Assembly (NCBI RefSeq): GCF_009914755.1
Contig: NC_060935.1
Length of the DNA stretch: 64,000 nt
Origin: the human T2T-CHM13v2.0 reference genome, Homo sapiens
Reading direction: 5' to 3' (one strand)
Under the pieces are notes generated by a model. The model saw only the letters and a program-made list of their open reading frames with translations. It did no database searches and was not told the DNA's origin. Below, piece by piece: positions 26,471-40,630 of this stretch; position 1 is the first letter of the stretch, and each line of letters opens with the position of its first letter. Both the position numbers and the translations under genes were made by a program.

Positions 26471-27161
26471 AAATGTCATTTAAATTTTTGTGTATATTGA
26501 CTGAACATGGGTAAGTATGTAGAAAATAAATCTTATGTTTCAAATGTCCTCATTGAACTTCTGAAATCCATAAAAAATTAGTTTCTGATGTTCAAGGGTT
26601 GTGACAGCAGAAAATAGCTCCATAAAATATGGGGATAAAAGGCAAGCTGGGGTGGGTACTCCTGGTCCTATTTGCTACCAAAGTAGAGTCTTGGAGCTAT
26701 ACATAATTGGGAAGCTGAAGAGGAACTCAAATGTCTAAGGGGAAGGCCAATAACTCTACTTCTTGGCCATCTATGCAAAGATTAGAAATGCTATCATTAA
26801 GAAGGAGACATTAATGAAACAACATAAGCACAGGCAAAGCCTCTAAAGATCTATGCCTGTTGGCATTTGGTGGTTAAAATTCTTAAAGAGAGAGACAGAG
26901 AGAGAGAAACCACAAAGGTTGTATAACCTATTACATGCCTAAATAATGCAAAAGACATAAAACAATGCAGGCCTTTGCAGTAAAGGCTTATAAAGCATGT
27001 TTTCCCATTTATTCAGACTCTATCTTCTCTGTTGGAGAATAACACATTAAAGGCTGAATGCAGAGTATCTGGTTATTTTAAATCTCCTTCAATTTTTGAC
27101 TTACTAAAAGGATAGCAATCTGATTTAAATTACCAAATTGGCAAAGCTCTAGAATTATGGG

Positions 27162-27364
27162 CAGCGGTGTGCTGATAAATGTATAACAACTGTTTCCAAA
27201 AAAGAAAGCCCTGCTTGGTAATATCTGCCAATTTCCATGGTGTAAATAATATCATCATGGTTGATTTAAAGCTACCAACATAACGTCACTGAACATACCA
27301 TTCTAAAGACATGCGCACAATTGACTTTCAGAAACTGCTACAGGGCAGCTCTAGAATGCCACTA
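27162..27364. mobile_element. MER63A-like hAT-Blackjack MITE
   Basis: Degenerate TIRs cagcggtgtgctg... and ...ctagaatgccacta, with internal tgccaatttccatggtgtaaata. Confidence 0.7.
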
Positions 27365-28129
27365 AATAAGAGATTTAGAATTTTTTTTTCTGTAATTTTC
27401 ATAGTTTGGACCATGAAGATATATTATTTTTGTAATAATGAAAGAAAAACTCAAAAGTTATTTTAAAAATAGGCCCCAACTGAAGAAATTATTTCTAGCA
27501 AAAATTGTTTAATACAGTCTATCTACAATGTTTCAAAACTTAATATGTCTCTCTTAAAAACTCTGTAAAGTAGATAAAATAGATATCTGTACTACTTCTT
27601 GACAGGGAAGGAATATGAAGTCTAAGGGGGTTTAAGCAACTTATAGAACTAGTCCTATAATTCTAGTTTTTTTTTAGCTGTTTATTTATTTCCCTGTTTT
27701 ACATACTAAATGGCAAATTCACAACTGAAATTGCTGCTTTCTAACTGCATTTGTACTTTTCATTCAACTGTGGTGTTTGCTTCAAGCAGAAAAGGATTAT
27801 CTGAAGCTATCTCTTCAAGAAATTTCTGATTTTATAAAGCAATTGATTACTATATAATCTGATGCTATCACTGCTATACTCTAAAATGATGACAAAAACC
27901 ACCATCCATCCCAGCTCCCATGGACCTAGAAAACAAGAGGAGAGTCTGATTATATTTTCTACACTATCTTTTCCTTGTATCATGCTTTTATTAGTTCAAC
28001 CAATGTTGATAAAATCCTTGATAGCTCTAATTTCTGCCAATCATCCTCATATCCTTGAACTTAAGGAACTCACGTGCCTAGGTTTAGTATATTCAAGACC
28101 ACTCCAAACCACTGAGCCATGTGAAAATC

Positions 28130-28380
28130 AGAAGTTTAGGACAGTGAAAGGAGAACAGATTTGTGAATCAGGAATATCTTTATTTGAATATTGCTTCAGA
28201 TACTTTCTGTGTGACTTTCAGCAAGTCACTGAATCTCTCCGATCCTGTTTCCTTTTCTGAAAATAATAATGCCTACCTCACCGTAAAGTTGAGTACACTA
28301 AGTTAGATGGTATTGATTAAATGCTTATTAAAATACATGACATATTGTGAACACTTGAAAAATGGTAGTAGTAATATTTC
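28130..28380 (+). mobile_element. MIR SINE
   Basis: ctgtgtgactttcagcaagtcactgaatctctc...tgtttcc...aaataataatgcctacctca. Confidence 0.75.
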
Positions 28381-29699
28381 ACAATTAACTGTTATTAAAT
28401 TAAAATTTAGTAATAATTGAAACGCTTAGCTTCCTTCCAGTATTGCATAATATTAGTTTCCAGGTAAACAGATAATCAAATAACAAACAGCAATAGATAG
28501 ACACAGAGAATCCTGCATATCTTTTTAACCCCCCAAAACCAATTTACATCAAGAGCAATCTAAGTGGTTTTATATTGTGCCTGTGTATATTAACATTCAC
28601 TTACCTATTTCCATGGCTATCTTATCTTTCTTTCATAGATGAAAATACCACATTAGGTAAATGCAGCACTGCCTCCATGGAGATGAAGCTCTTTTAGAAA
28701 AACGTTAATTTTTCTAAAACTATATTGTTGCATGTCTTTCTCTATCTAACTACCTACCACCATCATCAGCATCAGCTATGTAATCTATATCCATCCATTT
28801 GTTGGATGAAACCATCTCCATGATGTCTGTACTTTCAGGGACTTATATTTTTGAATTACTGATTAACTCAAACTAATTGATTAAACCCTTGGATTTTGGT
28901 GGATCACTTTTTGTTCCCTGTGTTGGTGAGATCAGCAACCAGTCTTGATCAAGGTGTATATTTTAAGAAATGAATACCAAGAAAGCAAAGCAAGTGAACA
29001 TTTTTATTCCATAGCTATACCAGGGATTGTGATTTTTCCCTGAATTTGGAAATTTCCTATTTGTGTGTGTATGCATGGTGTGAGTACACATGTATGTCTG
29101 TGGGTATAAATATGTTTAAAAATAAAATTTGTATTTATTGCTTCATAAAAGCTTTTGTTTTAATCTAATAATACGTAAAGATCATTTCTTCCTGCCTTTC
29201 AATATTCCTCCGTGATTTCATTCTTAGTGATGGTATGCCAGTGTCTGGTGGGGAGAGACCATGATTTATTTGACTAATTAACTTGTATTGAACATTCACA
29301 GTATCTCCCATTTTTACTATTTAAACATGATGAGATGTATATCCTTGTTCTTGATTATGAATTGGTGTTTGGTTTTAAATTTATGACTTAGAGGTAGAAG
29401 TATTCAAGGCTGCTCCAATCTCCTGATGTCTTCTCTCAGGCACAGGATTCAAATCTTACAGCTATGCTGCTGTTGAATTTGGTGATCTTAAAAGGTTGCT
29501 TGGCACGTCCTTTCCCAAAGAGCCAACAGCAAGAAAGGTAAGGGAATAAGTGTTGCTTTGACAGCTGGCTCCTTTGTTGTAACCAGAGTATATCTTACAG
29601 GGAGAAACAATACCACAAAATAGGGTTTACCTTATTCCTTGGTGGTTATTTTCCTGTCAGCCTCCTTGGAGAAATCTACTTCTTTTCCTGTCTAAGTGA

Positions 29700-29954
29700 T
29701 GGGGGTCCCCTGCAAGAAACGAAACTGCTCACATGGAGGAGAAGTACATAGTCAAGGCAGCCTTACCAGGAACCAAAAACCCAAACCAGGAACTAGAAAT
29801 CAAAACCCTTCTTCCCACAATGCCCCTCCAATGCCTTCTACTGACAAAGCTTAACAATGGCAAGCAAAGGAAACATTTAAAAGGCCTAGATACATGTTTG
29901 CAGAACAGGCAATGATGAATTTAGAGCTGAGGCAATAAATAGATACCTAGAACA
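29700..29954 (-). mobile_element. Old ERVL LTR fragment (LTR33/LTR41-like)
   Basis: The reverse complement reads ttattgcctcagctctaaattca...tgttaagctttgtcagtagaaggcattggaggg, resembling recalled LTR33/LTR41 5' ends. Confidence 0.5.
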
Positions 29955-30157
29955 ATCACTTACAATGTATACACTGTGCACACAATAAAAGCATTCCAAC
30001 TATAAAATTCTAATACATTTTTTCTCAAGTGTCTTAATAAAAACCCCTTTAAGGAGACATTCAGTGATGTAATATTGTGATGTAAATAACACTGTCTTCA
30101 ACAAAATCCATGTAGAAAAGGTGACTGTATTGTATTTATGTATATGTGTGTGTAGGT

Positions 30158-30162
<5 letters not shown>

Positions 30163-30188
<26 letters not shown>
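30163..30188. repeat. (TA)n microsatellite
   Basis: Direct read, about 13 units. Confidence 0.9.
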
Positions 30189-30613
30189 ATGTATATCTTT
30201 CTTATAGTACCTTTCTCAATATGCTCATACCAGCCTATCTACAATGAAATTATTCAATGCAAGTCTTATTCACATAATGTTTCAACTAAAGAATCTTGAT
30301 TGATTATTGACTGAGGTAGACATTATCTAAGTCTGAATTTTCCCAATCATGTGATCAACAAGCCTGGTGTCTGTCAACAAGGATTGTGGCTTCACAGTTA
30401 ATTGTATTTCTAGTATCAAAGAATAGAGCAACATAATGGAGCACAAAACAGGAGTAGTCAGAAGCACAAAACCATTAAAAGAAATATAGCCATCATTGAC
30501 AAAAAAACTTCTAGGAAAAGCTTAAAAGTCCCTCAGTTCTGAGCTGTCAGAGTCTACCAGTATTAAAGGGGACATCACATAATGAGTGGCAAGTTTTCCA
30601 CTTGTCCTTTATG

Positions 30614-31085
30614 GCAGAGCAAGAAAACTTTATATTAAATGGACAAATAGTAAATACTTTTGTCTACTCAACTCTGCTGTTACAGCTCAAAGGCAGCCAC
30701 AGACAACATGTAAACAAGTGAGTGTACCTGTGCCACAGGAAACCTTAATTAATTTGCTATAGGTTGTTTAGTCCTGCTTTTTAGGTAAAAGATACTATAC
30801 AACTGTGTTAGTCTTGTAGGGGGGCGGGTGTCATCTTTTCCTTGCCAATGTAGGAGCATGCTAACTTGTTCACTGATTTTGAACAGAGGTCAGCATACTT
30901 TTTCAGTAGAGGGTCAGGTACTAAATGTTTTATCACTTGTGAGCCTCCTATTGTCTCTGTCACTTTTTCTTTTTCTTTTCCTTCTCCTCCATCTTCTTCC
31001 TTACAACTCTTTAAAAATATAAAGTACTTTCTCAGCTTTCAGACCTTGTAAGACAGGCCATGGTCTATCGTTCTGTAACCTCTGA
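30614..31085 (+). mobile_element. Two adjacent MER58-type hAT relics (~30614-30776 and ~30884-31085)
   Basis: ctactcaactctgc...gcagccacagacaacatgtaaac, and cagaggtcagca...gggtcagg...aacctctg. Confidence 0.55.
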
Positions 31086-32369
31086 TCTAAAAGAGTAGTT
31101 TCAAAACTTTTTTGTGTTAAATACTAGAGATTTGGGTGGCACACTTTAAGGGGCTAAATTGAACCTACAGTTGTTTGGTTTCTCCTCAGCATAGTTTGGC
31201 TATCTGTGCAGAATTTGTTTACTGCCCTGAACTTACTCTCTTACATATTTACAATACAAGGCTTTCTCATGCTCCAATAAACACCAAATCTTTCTTTGGT
31301 CCCAGCTTGACAATATATATCTTTTTTCTTTTATTCCTTGCAAATGATATGCCATCCTATAGTACATTGTGTGGCCCAATTAGCTTAGCATTTTGTCATA
31401 GACGTTGCCTTAAAAGTATTTATTATCTGTTTAAAAAAAACCTTTTTATGTATTGAAAAAGTTTGGTAGCATGACTTTGAACAGTTTGCAGTATACACCT
31501 TTTTTTCCCATTAGGGTGTGGCAGTATTTGAACTACGTGGGCTACTTACACATGTTGCCTTTACTGTCTGTGTCTTTGGGAAGTTGCACCAGGATAAATT
31601 GTTATTTCCAGGCAATGTTTAACAGAGCGTAGAAAGGAAAAGTTCTGGAAGTTGTTTCTATGCCCATCTAACTACATTAGTGTGGGAAGAGCTGATAAGA
31701 AAGAGGATTGAGGGCTATTTGGAGGCTCTTGTGATACCAGACTCAAACCATATTCTCCTTAGATGCAAAGAATTCTTTTTTCTTGTGTCAGACTGAGTGT
31801 TAAGAGGCAAATGAAAACTAAACAAGAATTCACAAGTTAAGAATTTCTATTATCACTTGACTTCTTACTGTCAGTGCACACTTGGAACAACTCACCATCC
31901 CCCTCTATAAATTTCTTCATATATGAAATTGCAATTAAAATCCTCTACTTTATTATGATGATTAAATAAGATAATGTGTACATAGCAAAACACTATTTGT
32001 ACAAAAACTAATACTACTTATGAAACACCCATCCTGTGCCAGGCATTTTCATGACACTCCTCTCCCATATAAAAAACATGTATTGCCCAAAGTCTCATTT
32101 CCTTAAGATTCTGATGGAGCCAAGGTCATATCTAGTAATTTATTGTGGAGAATGTACATATGTGGTATATGTGTGAGATGTTAAATATTAACATGTCTTA
32201 AACTATCTCTCTCAAATCATATATTTTCACTTGAAAGGAGACCTAGAAGTTTTTGTTAATAAACACCTGTTGAACAGAATTAATTATATTCAGTACATAG
32301 AACACTATCCTCAATCATTGGAAGGCATTTCTTTTGAGACAGATTCTTCCATGTATTTATTTGGATATA

Positions 32370-32718
32370 CAGTAATGCCCCGTTATCTGAAGCAGATACC
32401 TTCCAAGACCCCCAGTGGATGCTGGAAACCATGGATAGTACCAAGCCATATTATATATAGTGTTTTTCTGTTGTAGTAACCAGATGACTACTCAATGATC
32501 AATGAGTGGGTAGCCCATACAACGTGGATGTGCTGGAAAAAGGGATGATTCATGTCCAGGTGAGACAATGCAATATTTCATCATGCTACTCATAGTGGCA
32601 CAGAATTTAAAACTTATTCTTTATTTCTGGAATTTTCCATTTTATATTTTCAGTTCCTGGTTGACTGTGGGTAACTGAGACTGCAGGGAATAAAACCATG
32701 AATAAAGGGGGACTACTG
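32370..32718 (-). mobile_element. MER44A (Tigger7-derived) MITE
   Basis: TIRs cagtaatgccccgttatc and aataaagggggactactg, with TA on both flanks. Confidence 0.88.
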
Positions 32719-32991
32719 TATATTTGTCTTTGAAAAATATATCTTAGCTTGTGAATGAATTTTTTAAACACAAAAATTGTATTGTTATAAATTTAATTCT
32801 GATTATTTCTTTCTTATATTTGAACTTAGATATATTTTTGCTTATATGTTAAAATGTATCATCATTTCTATGGGCCATATGAAATAACAGATGAGTACAT
32901 CACATGTTATTCATTTGTTCCCCTTTTTGGTAGACACATGGGATAACTTGAACTCTTTTCTACTATAGACAATGCTGCAGTGATTATCCAC

Positions 32992-33388
32992 TGAGGTAGA
33001 CTATCACTGTTCATCAATATTAATTGGCTCTTCTTGGGGAGGACAATATTTTTCTGCTATATTGGACTTAGACTTAGTCACATGAGTTATTTTGGTTGAT
33101 TAAAAGTGAACAGAAGTGACACATGTCACTTCTAGGTGGAGGCATGTGTAGCATGTACTTTGTTTTTGCATCTGCTGATGGCTTTTCACCTGGAACCAAC
33201 AATGTTCCAGATAATTCCTGTTCTGTTAGCCTGGGTCCTGAGTTCAAGGTGATTTCTACGATCAAAGCCACCCTGTCACACAGTGTTGTGCAAATAGTAT
33301 ACATGAGAAATAAACCTTTGCTAATAGAAGTCAATAAGATTTGGGAAGTGCTTGTTACTGCAGCAAATCCTGTCCTGTTGTGAATAGA
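32992..33388 (+). mobile_element. MLT1 (I/J-like) LTR
   Basis: gaagtgacacatgtcacttct...gagaaataaacctttg...atttgggaagtgcttgttactgcagca. Confidence 0.75.
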
Positions 33389-34767
33389 AACTGATGTCAT
33401 GATTAAACAAGACCTTTAAGTTCCTCCATCTGAGGGAGATTGGAAGGTATTTTGTTTGTAGAAAGAAGAATGAACCCAGTATTTGTGACCATAGTTCACA
33501 AAGGTGAATGATGATGGTCATTAGGACTGTTCAAAAATGTCAGTTTCCTCACTCTGGATATAGGGTAGGATCATATTTGCTATCCCATTTGGACATGATC
33601 TTTTGTGAATTTTGTGCAAATTTCTTTGGCTTATATACTCAGGAACTGGAATGCTAGACTGTACACATTGTTCTTCATAGTGGATATACCAGTTTACCCT
33701 CCCTGTAGCAGATCAGTAATTCCTGATTTGCGACATTCTCAGCAACACTTTACATATCCATCATTCCAAATTTTTTCAATCTTGTGGGTATAAATTGGTA
33801 TGTAATTATTGCTTTATTCAGGATTCTTCTGAGTGCTATAGAGACTGAATGCCTGTTCACTTACCTTAACTCTGAATCACATACAAATTGTGCAAGTTTA
33901 AATTTTGACCATGTAAGCATTGTGTTTTTTGTCCTCTTTTTTTGGTGGGTTCTATGGAGTTTGTCGTATACTTCAGATGTTAAATTCTTGTCAGATTTTG
34001 ATATTGCAAATATCTTGTCCCAGTCTGCCACTCATCTGTTAACTTTGACAATGATGTTCATTAAACAGATATCTTTAATTTTTATGAAAATTCATTAATT
34101 TTTCTGCTCATGGCTTTTGATTTTTGAATCTTTTTAAATTAAGAAAATTTTTCTTATCGTCAAAGTACCAAAAATAATTTTCTACCTCAGTTTTTATCTT
34201 TTTATAATTTTTCCTTTCCCATTTAGGCATTTAATCCATTTGGTGTTGAATTTTGATGTATAATACGAAGTGGGAAATATAACATTTTTTATTGACATCA
34301 TTATCTAAATAATTCATGCATCAGTCAGTGATCTTTGATGCCATCTCTACCATAGGGTAGGGTCTCACACAAATGAATCCGTTTCTAAGTTTTCTACCAT
34401 GTTTCATTCATCTACTTGTTGACTCTGTATCACAACCACACTATTGATTACTGTGATTTATTAATTATTGTTTTATTAATGGATGTTTATTTTTTATTAA
34501 AAAATCTTAGGATAAACTTGTTGAAGTCCTCAGTGTTGTTTAGATTGGAACTACATTAAATTTATATAGTCATTTGGTTTAAAGTTAACAAGTTTACAGT
34601 GCTGTTATCTCCTCCAAGAATGAAGTATATTTCTTTGTTTATTCAAGTTTTATGGGGAGAGAGATGAGTCATTTTAAAACATTTAAAATTTTTCTCCATA
34701 AAGGTCTTGGTCACTTCTATTAGATTAATTCCTACATGTGTTTGTTTTTTCATTGCCATGTTATTTA

Positions 34768-35407
<640 letters not shown>

Positions 35408-37216
35408 TGTCATCTTATTGTATTGGTCAGTACCTCTGGTATCATGTCAAACAACTGAAATGATAGCACACATCTTTTTCTTCTTCCTAACTTTAAAAAA
35501 TATACATTTAAGAATTTATCATTATGGTTTTGCCCTAGGTTCTTGGTAGGCTATTATTATCCTTATTATTGTTTAAATAAAATTAATAGTTTCTTTCTAT
35601 TTCTTGTTTCTACGAATTTTTTAAAAAACAAAATGTATTAATTTTATCAAGCACTTTTTCTGCATCTCTTAAAGTGACCATATGAACTGTCTTCCGTAGT
35701 GCTAATGTAGTAAATTACATTGTTTGTTTGATACTGAGCCATCCAGGAGTTTCTAAAATAAATCTTGTCATAATTTTTTAAGTATGCTATTAAATTTGGT
35801 TAGTTTTCCCAGGGGTTTTTTTTTGTATCTATTATATAAGTAAAATTGGCTTACATTTTTGTCCTTATTATGAACTTCTCTGGTTTTAATATAGGGGTGA
35901 AACTGGCTTTTAAAATGAGTTAGCTAACTTTTATTGCTTTTACATTTTCTGGAACAACATATGGTGGTTATCTGTTTTTATATTGTTTGTTACACTCACC
36001 CCATGCAACTATCCAGGCCTAAAATGTCTTAGGTAGTAGTGGGAGAATTGGTAGAGAAGGAAGTTTTTACTATCTTTTTTTTGATGATTTGGCATATTCA
36101 TGGGTTCTATTTCTTTTTATGCTTATTTTGACTTTTTGTATGTTTTTCAAGAAATTTATTAATTTCATCTAGATTTTTAAAAATACAATTCAATATGGTT
36201 GTTGAGTGGTTTATAGTTTTTTCATGATGCTAAGAAAATCTCTGTTATTTTTATACTTATTTCCTCTTTCTCAATTGCTTATTTATGTTCTTCAGAAGCT
36301 CTACAAGGTCCTTCTCACTGCACTAGTTCTTGATTGGGGATATTTGTTATGCTACGATATAATCTGACCCTCCCCAGCTGTGCTTTCTGAAATACACCCC
36401 ACAGCCTCTTGCTGAAGGACACTTTAACTTGGCAGGTAGGCCTTATGAGTAAGATGGTTCACACTCAGCTACTTTCCATACTGTTCACTTGATTTATGGG
36501 ACAGTCATACATGTCTATTATACAGCCTTATTCACTTACTGTTACCCCCTATCATTACCACAGACTGTCTCTTTCAACATCGTGGTTGTTTTCTTTCTGT
36601 CATATTTCTTGTTTCCCAATTAATGTATTCAGAGCTATACATTTTATTCTATGTACTGCTCTAGCTACATTTCACAGATTTTTGCATATAGTACTTTCAT
36701 TGAGTTCTGCTCAAATTGTTTTTAAAAATTTCTGTCAGGATTTTTCCTTTACCAAAGAATAAGTTAGTGATATTTATCTTTTATCTAAAAATCATTTGTT
36801 ATTAATTTTCAATTTTATTACATCCTGGTAATTCACAGAAATATGATCTGTGTGATGTTGGTTCTAGCCATCATAACTGAGTGATTGACTCTAACATATA
36901 CATTTCAGGCACCATAGCAGGGGACAAGGGGAAAGAGATCTCGGGGGATATCTGCATATGCTGCTGACTCTATTGCCCATAATGGAAGGGCATAATTAAT
37001 TAGAAAGCTAGAAATCAAACTTTCTCCATGTGGAAGGATAAGAAATCTGAGGCTTACAAGAGCAGCAGGACTAGAGAATAGGAAATGAAAGGTTCATCAC
37101 AATAGTCTTCTCACCATCATAATCTTTTTATTTTGGGGATAAATATTGAATATATTTTATATTCAAGACAACACAATGGGTTTTGGGGGGATTCTGGTGA
37201 AATCTGTAGTTAGGAC

Positions 37217-37650
37217 AGTGGCAGAGACTGGCTAGGTACTCACCAAACACATTTTCTCTTCTTTCTGGGTACACTGCTAGCTTATCCTCCCAGCTCACTC
37301 TTCCTGAGGTAAGGACATGTGACCACTTCTCATGAATGGAATGTGAGAAGAAATGTGTGTCACTCCTAGGCCAAGGTTGCTGAGTGGGTATAGTCTTCTC
37401 TGTGCCCTTTGTTCTTGTTACTACTCAGATTCAGAGGGTCCTTTGGAGTAGTCCAAGGAGATGGCACAGCCACTTGATTGAGGGGAAACCTGGAATCCTA
37501 AATAACAGGGAAACCTGGAGTCTCCTTTCCCCCAGCCCCATCCCCACTGAGTCACACTGAATTATGATATGAGCCACAAATAAATCTTTATTTTATTAAG
37601 CCACTGAAATTCTGGGGTTATTCAGCACAGTAGCTACCAAGACAAATATA
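37217..37650 (+). mobile_element. MLT1 (J-like) LTR
   Basis: atgtgaccacttct...aatggaatgtgagaagaaatg...aaataaatcttta...ttaagccactgaaatt. Confidence 0.75.
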
Positions 37651-38559
37651 GAAAATTACAATACAAATTGGAAAGTGAGATGTAACTTGTGAGAGATGGG
37701 GAGAGCTTCTGTTCCTTTGAGATAATCAAAGAAGATTTTATTGGAGGAGGTAATAACTGAGCCAGATATATTTTTAAATTAGATAAGACATAGGTAATTA
37801 GAAATGGGAGAGGCAGAGAGTTGGTAACTGTTTCAGAGGCAGAAATGAAAGAATGAAGGGGGAATTGGGAGGTGTGAATAGATCATATATTATATGTTAG
37901 TTTGGATGGCAAGAACGTTATGTGATAGGAGGGAGGTAAGAAGTAAGGGTGGAGAGATAGAATGCTGAATTCCAATTTTACTCCCTAGGATTTGTTTTTT
38001 ACTAGAAGAGTAAAGAAGAAATAGCTTGGAAAGATGTTTGAGATGACCAATTTAGATATGAGCTCAATGATATCCCCTTGTTACAATAAAACCCCTAATC
38101 ATAGCAGTGCCTAATAATAGGGTAGAAGACACAGGGAAAAAGTACAAGATGAGACTAGAGGGGTGGTGGGAGCTAGATCATGGCATCAAATTCAGGAGAG
38201 CAGATTTTCTTCTTAGTTCCATGGGGTACATTGGAGGGTTTCATGCAGAAGAATGCTGTGAATGTCATGACCCTGATTATTGTGTGGAGAACAAAAGTGC
38301 ATTGGTAAGAATGGAAGCAAGGCACCAATTAGGAGGCAATGATTAAAGTGAGGCAGGTCCTCTCAAAGAACTTAAAGTCCTAGTTTCAGTATATTCATTT
38401 GGGAAGGGTAATGCATTTGCAGGACAAAATCAATAAATTAGAAAAGAAACCCATTGCTATAATTCCTTGAAGTAGAAATACAAAAACAAGAAAATGAATA
38501 AATAAATACATACACAAATACAACAGAGTAATAGCAAAAACAAACAACAAACAAACAAA

Positions 38560-38846
38560 CTTATAAGGCAGTCTTCCTTAGACATGAGTGTAGATTGATA
38601 ATGTCTCAGAGAGGTTGTGTATATCTGTCTAACCTACCCTGCCCTATTCCCCTATCATGCTGTATTTTTCTTTATAGCACTCATCTCCACCTAAAATATT
38701 ATAATCTATTTTTCACTCATTTATTGCTAGTCTATCCAAATTCCACTTAAACCCAAGAGGGCAGGGAACTCATTTTTTCACCACTGTAGTTCCTGCATTT
38801 AGAACAGTGCTTGGGAGAGAAGAGGTAGTATTTGTTGAATGATTGA
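38560..38846 (+). mobile_element. L2 3' end
   Basis: gagggcagggaact...caccactgtagttcctgcatttagaacagtgc...atttgttgaatgattga. Confidence 0.75.
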
Positions 38847-40231
38847 GAAAAAAAATAGCTATTTGCACCAATGTGTTTTCCTTGAAAAAATACGTGACTT
38901 TGTTGGAAACCTCAACTGAAGACTCAGGAAATCTAAGGAATTATTCTTCAGTAAAAGAACCCCAGGATGGACTAATAGAAAGAGCATGAGCTCTGGCATC
39001 ACACAGGAGTGTATTCAAATCCTGGCTTCTTATGTTTCTAGTATCGAATGCTGGGTACTTGAACCTACTTCTCTGAACTTCATTCCTTATCTTTAAAATA
39101 GTATGACTACTCTTACCATAGTGTAATTTATATAAAGCATAATGTCTCCAACCCTATTTTTAAGAAATAATCTTTAATTTGTTGAAATAAATGTTTAAAA
39201 TTTTCTAGAATTCTTATTTTTTCTAGAATTCACATTCATATCCTGGAAAACTTGGCTGCAGCTAACTTGTATATCTGCCTTTGTTCCCTCCATCCCTATC
39301 CTATTAAAATAAACAATGTCATTCTTTTTTCCCTGTGCTTTTCTTGAATTTTGCTTCCTACCTACTACACCACACTGAGCCAGTGAAAACTTGTTTAACT
39401 GCACAGCGTTGCCTAGCAATGTCATGCTCCTCTCATGGTCTCTCTCTGGGATATGGTAACTGGACTCCTGCTACTAATTCTTCTGTCTTCATATATCTAT
39501 ATATCCAGTCTTTTAACAACCATTAGAAGGGACATTCTGCTCTTATTAGCTGAAGGTCTTATAGAAGAGTCACCATTGTTATTCATTCTAATAAGATTAG
39601 GTAGAAATGTTTCTCTCTCTTTTCTCTAAATCACTCAGATTCTGTGTTTAAAAGGTCAATTACATTTATTTCAAATTGGTAAGACAAACATTTCCTGTGC
39701 ATCCTGAAAATAAAATGGCTCAATGAACAGTCTCTTGAGAACATTTATTTTTTAAATTTTAAATATCTATCTGGCACTAAAATGTTTCTCCTGAATCTTA
39801 GGACTGTATTGAAAGTGATATTGAACAGATGCTGTGTCTGAAATGGAATCCATACCCCAGGAAGCTGACACCAGGAGTGGTGTGGGTGAGATGACCTGGC
39901 CCTGTTATTGTATCCTTCACTACTAAATGATCATCTTGGCCATGCTATGAGTTTGCAAGTATTAAACAGAAAAAGCAACAGCCCACTCACAGTGCCACAT
40001 CATGGAACACTGGAGGTGGGCCACATGTAATAAATATAATTGGAAATAGAAGTAATTTCAAATCACTAATCTGTAGACGACAAAGTGATCTCAAAGAACC
40101 AATTGATGGCCAGCTTGTTTTTAGAAATCCTCACTGCAAGAATATTCAGATGCAGTAAAAGAATTTAGAGTCTCCTATTGTGTGGAAATGGGCTTTGATC
40201 CCTTACCAGTGGCTTTAGTAGTGCCTTCAGA

Positions 40232-40293
40232 AGCCTAAGCTGTTACATGCAGAGTCAAGAATAGCCTAAGCTGTTGCATATGGAGTCAAGAAT
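40232..40293 (+). repeat. 31-bp tandem duplication
   Basis: agcctaagctgttacatgcagagtcaagaat / agcctaagctgttgcatatggagtcaagaat (4 mismatches). Confidence 0.9.
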
Positions 40294-40342
40294 CAGATGT
40301 AGGCCAGCCAGATTCCATACATTTATTTACTACATGATACCA

Positions 40343-40630
40343 CATGGGTTACAAACTCAAATGCCTACTGGGGTAGTCAGGTTGCTGGACTAAGCTAGAG
40401 GAGGTGCACCTGTTTAAAGAGTAAGCTGCTACTAAGTTGTAGATGTGCTCTGTCTGTGAAACTGCAGACCCAGATAAGCCAGATCTTTTGATGGCTTTAA
40501 GAGAGCGTGGTTGTCTGAATTTTCTTGTGGAATGCCTTGATTTTCAAAGCATTGACAGTTAAGTAAAACAATGCAGCCAAACATGTCTTTGGGGCAGATG
40601 CAGCACAGAGTCCAGTTCTGTGATGGTCTG
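40343..40630 (-). mobile_element. MER102-like hAT-Charlie element
   Basis: gggttacaaactcaaatgcctac terminus and internal ccagatcttttga...gagag...tctgaattt. Confidence 0.65.

Noticed and set aside
28692-28719. 11-bp inverted repeat TTTTAGAAAAA...TTTTTCTAAAA
   Set aside because: Low-complexity AT-rich arms that are readily explained by chance.
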